This document shows, piece by piece, positions 33,354-35,009 of a stretch of DNA of 35,009 nucleotides (position 1 is its first letter; every line of letters begins with the position of its first letter). The stretch is taken from the NCBI GenBank assembly GCA_017995665.1, contig JAGOIM010000001.1, forward strand, positions 3,992 through 39,000. The letters are read 5' to 3'. A program made the translations under genes and the position numbers. The notes below the pieces were generated by a model. The model had not been told where the DNA came from and ran no database searches. It was given only the letters and a program-made list of their open reading frames with translations. Source of the DNA: Anaerolineaceae bacterium (GTDB taxonomy: Bacteria > Chloroflexota > Anaerolineae > Anaerolineales > Anaerolineaceae).

Positions 33354-34214
33354 CTAATTGTATAAATGTAGGTTTTTCGCCCTAACTAATAAAAACCCCC
33401 AGGTTCCGGTCATGCCCAGTTCCTGACGTAGATCGTCATTGGTTAATTCATAGAACAATCCCGTGCCCGGACGGTTTGGGTCGTAAAGCAATTCTTCACG
33501 AATCACGAAGCCCTCGCCATGATTTACGTTCGTTACTGAATAAGCCCTGCCGCGTTCATCAATGCGACTAACCACAAGCATATGGTCGAAACCCTCAAAG
33601 TTTGAAATCCCCTTCATAACGTAGAGGTAAAGCCAATCGCCCACTTGCAGCGGATTTGCTTTCCAGTCATATTTTCCAACACTTTCTTCAACCCGAATAT
33701 AATCGTAATCATCTTTTGAGAAAAATTTTCGCTCTAAATCACGCGTGCCATGACAGGCTTCGTTATCTTCTCTCGTACGGGCACAAAGCAACCACATTTC
33801 TTTTGGCTCAGATTCAGGAGGCAAATAACCGCCATCACGCATAATTGCCGCCGCCAGAGGCCCGCACATATTATTCGGATGTTCGGTATCCCCTTCGGTA
33901 AAGTTGATTTCGCGGGCAACTGCAACCGATTCTTCAAAATTTTCCGCCAAATATTTCAAACTGGCTTGATGGATTCTTTCTTCCGCTATTTCCTGTGCGC
34001 TTTGTGTTGGCGTTGGCGTCGGAGGCTCAGGCGTTGCCGTTGGGCTTGGGCTGGGCGTTGGACTGCTTGTTGCTGTTGCTGAGGCTGTCGCTGTTAATGT
34101 TGGCACCGCGCTTGGTGTCGCGGTTGGTTCAGGTGCTGTGCATGCAGCCAGAATAATCGTAAAGCTGAGCAGTAAGAGGGTTAATTTCAAATGCTTCATT
34201 GTAAAAAGTCCCAT
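33354..34214 (-). CDS. Lipoprotein with a PT/PS linker and a C-terminal domain showing a C39-like Cys...His pattern
   Basis: The lipobox is 'FTIILAAC'. 'PNNMCGPLAAAIMRDGG' and later 'GFDHMLVVSRID' resemble Peptidase_C39_2-type motifs, by eye only. The alternative ATG at 34199 forms an ATGA overlap with the M23 stop. Confidence 0.4.
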   Translation of the reverse strand: MGLFTMKHLKLTLLLLSFTIILAACTAPEPTATPSAVPTLTATASATATSSPTPSPSPTATPEPPTPTPTQSAQEIAEERIHQASLKYLAENFEESVAVAREINFTEGDTEHPNNMCGPLAAAIMRDGGYLPPESEPKEMWLLCARTREDNEACHGTRDLERKFFSKDDYDYIRVEESVGKYDWKANPLQVGDWLYLYVMKGISNFEGFDHMLVVSRIDERGRAYSVTNVNHGEGFVIREELLYDPNRPGTGLFYELTNDDLRQELGMTGTWGFLLVRAKNLHLYN

Positions 34215-35009
34215 GGATTCACACGACCTGCATCGTCGTAGCGAAGTTCAAAATGTAAATGTGCGCCGACTGAGGAACCGGTATCGCCAACCGTGCCTAC
34301 GCGATCGCCGCGATAGACTTCCTGCCCACAGCCAACTTCAACCGTTGCCATATGGGCGTAGAGGCTTTGCCAACCATGGCCGTGGTCAACCACAACCATA
34401 TTGCCATAACCCCAGTTATTCCAACCGGCATAAACCACCACTCCGTTATCAACCGTTGAAACAGGGTCGCCAATGTTGCCGCTAAAGTCGACGCCGTAAT
34501 GATTAGCCGAAGGGGAAAAATCATAGCCGCTCAAATTGTGAGTACTGACCGGAAAAGTGAAATTTTGAGTGCCGAGAACGCCGTCATATTTATCCGGACA
34601 AGCTCCGGGTCCAACGTTGAGGGCACTGGCAGGGTCTTCACGGGTAATTCGCGGAACGCGCCAATCGGAATATTGCCCCTTACCGCCGGGAACAATCAAC
34701 ATTGTGCCGGCTTCGATATCGGGATTGGACAAATCGCCCAAATCCGCCAGCCTGAGATGGTTGCCCGGGTAGTCGATAATCGTTTCAGGGTCGACCTGAT
34801 AAAAATCTGCAACACCGTTCAAACCCTCTCCGGCACTCCAGACATGCAAAGTGCCGTCCACCGGCATGATAAGCAGTTCCTGACCGGGGAAAATCATATG
34901 TGGATCGTCGCCAATGTTATAGCGATTGCTCCAAAGCACGGTTTCGGGCAACAAATTGAAGCGCGAGGCAACCGAAAAGAGCGTATCACCGGGCTGTACT
35001 GTGTAAGTA
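34196..35009 (-). CDS. LysM-domain M23 (LytM/lysostaphin-type) metallopeptidase; 5' end lies outside the window
   Basis: 'YTVQPGDTLFSVASRFN' is the LysM motif. 'HYGVDF', 'GHGWQSLYAHM' and 'GDTGSSVGAHLHFELR' are the M23 HxxxD and HxH motifs. The frame is open to the window edge. Confidence 0.85.
   Translation of the reverse strand, partial: TYTVQPGDTLFSVASRFNLLPETVLWSNRYNIGDDPHMIFPGQELLIMPVDGTLHVWSAGEGLNGVADFYQVDPETIIDYPGNHLRLADLGDLSNPDIEAGTMLIVPGGKGQYSDWRVPRITREDPASALNVGPGACPDKYDGVLGTQNFTFPVSTHNLSGYDFSPSANHYGVDFSGNIGDPVSTVDNGVVVYAGWNNWGYGNMVVVDHGHGWQSLYAHMATVEVGCGQEVYRGDRVGTVGDTGSSVGAHLHFELRYDDAGRVNPWDFLQ

Noticed and set aside
34101-34115. A sigma54-like TGGCAC-N5-TTGG.
   Set aside because: The -12 element has GG instead of the essential GC. 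It lies on the plus strand inside a minus-strand CDS with no downstream plus-strand gene.

Overview
The window is a dense, mostly chromosomal bacterial segment with no rRNA, CRISPR array, transposase or integrase. By gene content it looks monoderm or Chloroflexota-like, but that is inference only. Its core (12.0-17.4 kb, minus strand) is the classical translation/transcription cluster: a promoter, then tRNA-Thr(UGU), tRNA-Tyr, tRNA-Thr(GGU), tuf, rpmG, tRNA-Trp, secE, nusG, rplK, rplA, an L10 leader, rplJ and rplL. Housekeeping genes flank it: lexA with a Cheo-type LexA box inside its own promoter, holB, pcrA/uvrD and priA. Metabolic and accessory genes are also present: a GH13 glucosidase, diaminopropionate ammonia-lyase, a macro-domain protein, YitT, YihY, GT2, ChrA, an MBL-fold hydrolase and a small Mo-oxidoreductase. 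The least ordinary part is 22-35 kb. It holds an ECF sigma/anti-sigma pair with a large unassigned extracytoplasmic domain, and a 43-bp perfect duplication of a gene 3' end bracketing 271 bp. It also holds a textbook sigma54 -24/-12 promoter in front of a two-gene module: a Pro/Thr-stalk protein with a C-terminal sorting-type signal plus a membrane-anchored protein with sortase-like motifs in sortase order. Further along are a marR-Memo-lipoprotein-priA string and a LysM-M23 peptidase whose stop overlaps the start of a lipoprotein with a C39-like Cys/His pattern. A recurring DNA-level pattern is a -10 box placed 6-9 nt upstream of an ATG with no Shine-Dalgarno, seen at six genes, which suggests frequent leaderless mRNAs. 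All protein family calls come from by-eye motif recognition, and no database search was possible.
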